Positions 35,295 through 36,806 of a stretch of DNA of 36,806 bases are shown in pieces. Location: IMG/VR virus record IMGVR_UViG_3300045988_135475, positions 1-36,806 of that record; one strand, written 5' to 3'. Each line of letters starts with the position of its first letter. Positions within the stretch are counted from its first letter, which is position 1. Under the pieces are notes generated by a model that was given only the letters and a program-made list of their open reading frames with translations, was not told the origin of the DNA and did no database searches. The position numbers and the translations under genes are program-made. Source of the DNA: a virus.

Positions 35295-35842
35295 GAAATA
35301 AATATACAGAAGCAGAAATAAAAGTTTTACTTAAGAATTTATGTGTAATAGTTGATACTAGAGAGCAAGTTTGGAGCAATATAGAGGAATACTTAAAAAA
35401 GTCAAATATCCTGTACAGGAGAGAAAAGCTAAGTCAAGGTGATTACAGTATTTGCATTATAAGTAATGAAGAAACTAAGCCTTTAGGCATTAATAGGGAC
35501 TTGTATTTTGACAATGAGATAGTAATTGAAAGAAAAGCCAGTATTGATGAAGTTGCTGGTAACATGAAAGAGCCCGACAGAACAAGGCTAAAAAAAGAGT
35601 TCAGTTATCTTAAGAGCAGAGGGGTAAAGGTACACTTTTATTTGCAAGATGAAAACTATGATTTAAATTTACGTAAAGGTGCTTATAGAAGTGAATATAA
35701 TCCAAAAGCTTTATTCGGTAGTATAAAGACATTTGAAAGTGAGTTTGGTTTTACAGTAAGACCAGTACACAAAGATGTTATAGGAAGCGAGATTTATTAT
35801 ACATTGTATTATCATGTTAAAAACTCATTGTTAGGTAAATAG
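35291..35842 (+). CDS. ERCC4-type structure-specific endonuclease (candidate Holliday-junction resolvase)
   Basis: VIVDTREQ ... QGDYSI ... VIERKASIDE = ERCC4 V-D-x-R-E, G-D-x(n)-E-R-K-x3-D signature. Confidence 0.55.
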   Translation: MRNKYTEAEIKVLLKNLCVIVDTREQVWSNIEEYLKKSNILYRREKLSQGDYSICIISNEETKPLGINRDLYFDNEIVIERKASIDEVAGNMKEPDRTRLKKEFSYLKSRGVKVHFYLQDENYDLNLRKGAYRSEYNPKALFGSIKTFESEFGFTVRPVHKDVIGSEIYYTLYYHVKNSLLGK

Positions 35843-35877
35843 TTTTGAAATTATTATGAATGAAAGGAGGAATTAAA

Positions 35878-36030
35878 ATGAAAGTCATAAATTTTATAAT
35901 ACAAAGTTTAGATGAAAAAATATGTGGAGAATGTGGTTTTTCAGACGAATGTAAGAAATCAGATATGTGTTTATGTGATACGGCAATAAATAAATTAACT
36001 GAATTAACAACAGATTTAGGAGAACTTTAG
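35878..36030 (+). CDS. small Cys-rich protein (50 aa)
   Basis: AAAGGAGG RBS; CGECGFSDEC...CLCD; below track cutoff. Confidence 0.35.
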   Translation: MKVINFIIQSLDEKICGECGFSDECKKSDMCLCDTAINKLTELTTDLGEL

Positions 36031-36071
36031 TTCACAATTCAATAAATACGAATGGAATAGAGGTAATTGTT

Positions 36072-36281
36072 ATGACAAGATTAGAAAGAGCTTATCAAGA
36101 ATACCCAACAGGATTGGTTTACGAAGGTTGTTATCTTCAAAATTTAGATTGTTGTCCTTATCTTGTAGATATGGGAGAAGATGATTTAGATAAATATAGT
36201 CTAGTTGTAAAAAACAATAAAATACTAGGATGTAGAGGAATAACTTGCGAACAATGTTGGAATAAGGAATTTAATGAATAA
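36072..36281 (+). CDS. hypothetical Cys-containing small protein
   Basis: 69-aa ORF, GAGG RBS, preceded by the CACAATTCAATAAATA motif. Confidence 0.4.
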   Translation: MTRLERAYQEYPTGLVYEGCYLQNLDCCPYLVDMGEDDLDKYSLVVKNNKILGCRGITCEQCWNKEFNE

Positions 36282-36303
36282 TTCAAAAATAGGAGGTATA
36301 AAT

Positions 36304-36774
36304 ATGAAAGATTATATGGGTGAATTAGAAAGAGAACGTTATTGCATGTTTTTAGTAGCTTTAAAAATAGCTGGTGAGTTACTAGAAAGTAGTTTATTTA
36401 GTAAAGAGGAAAAGTCAAACCTTAAGAGATGCATTACTTGGGGAAGAAAAGTAAATCTTTTAGAAGAAGGAAGATTAAATAAGTCAGCATCTAAAACATT
36501 ACTAAATATGATGAATAACGGTCATATAACTTATATGGATAAGTATGGGTCACAGTTATGGGATAAGAAGAAAAGTGCAAATATAAAAGATAAATACGAA
36601 GAAAATAAAGAGTATTTTGAATTAGTCGAAATGATATTCCATTACAACTGTAGAGGATGCCAAAAATGTGATTATAAAACTTGTGATTTCTATAAAGTAT
36701 TTGAGCAACATATGATTCCAGAAATGCAAGTTAATGAACCAGGAAAATGTAAATTCTTTTATGAGGAGATTTAA
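36304..36774 (+). CDS. hypothetical protein with C-terminal Cys cluster (likely start 36304, not 36274)
   Basis: Track ATG 36274 lies inside the repeated ATGAATAATTCAAAAATA; AGGAGG RBS precedes ATG 36304; CRGCQKCDYKTCD cluster. Confidence 0.4.
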   Translation: MKDYMGELERERYCMFLVALKIAGELLESSLFSKEEKSNLKRCITWGRKVNLLEEGRLNKSASKTLLNMMNNGHITYMDKYGSQLWDKKKSANIKDKYEENKEYFELVEMIFHYNCRGCQKCDYKTCDFYKVFEQHMIPEMQVNEPGKCKFFYEEI

Positions 36775-36806
36775 AAGTGTATAACATAGTAATTACTAGA
36801 AAAAAA

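Overview
AT-rich (roughly 30% GC, Clostridium-like codon usage) window that appears to hold one complete temperate siphovirus-type phage genome of about 36.75 kb. Positions 1-55 are identical to 36752-36806, so the contig is circular or terminally redundant. Nearly all genes lie on the + strand, in this order: early region (start of window) -> dUTPase -> primase/helicase -> small accessory ORFs -> iteron array -> terS/terL -> portal, head morphogenesis, scaffold, capsid -> connectors, major tail, chaperones, tape measure, Dit, Tal -> receptor-binding protein with a C-terminal SGNH esterase -> TcdE-family holin + amidase endolysin -> actin-like ParM/ParR partition cassette -> RHH protein + membrane protein -> attP (3' part of a tRNA-Arg-like gene, flanked by TTTACTGACAT arm repeats) -> tyrosine integrase (-) -> cI-like repressor (-) / cro-like (+) switch with ATTCCA-N3-TGGAAT operators -> xis-like gene -> AP2-domain protein + phage sigma factor -> YopX-like, Rad52-like annealing protein, SSB, ERCC4-type nuclease. 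Notable non-genic signals: (i) the switch operator reappears upstream of parM and after cro; (ii) an 8-mer TGTACAGG is strongly over-represented, with + strand bias; (iii) AAGTCGATAT marks four operon heads; (iv) AATAATTCAAAAATA recurs just upstream of early-gene ribosome binding sites; (v) a (T)TGGGACAG iteron array with inverted copies and an AT-rich spacer lies upstream of terS. All calls rest on motif recognition by eye; no database searches were run.
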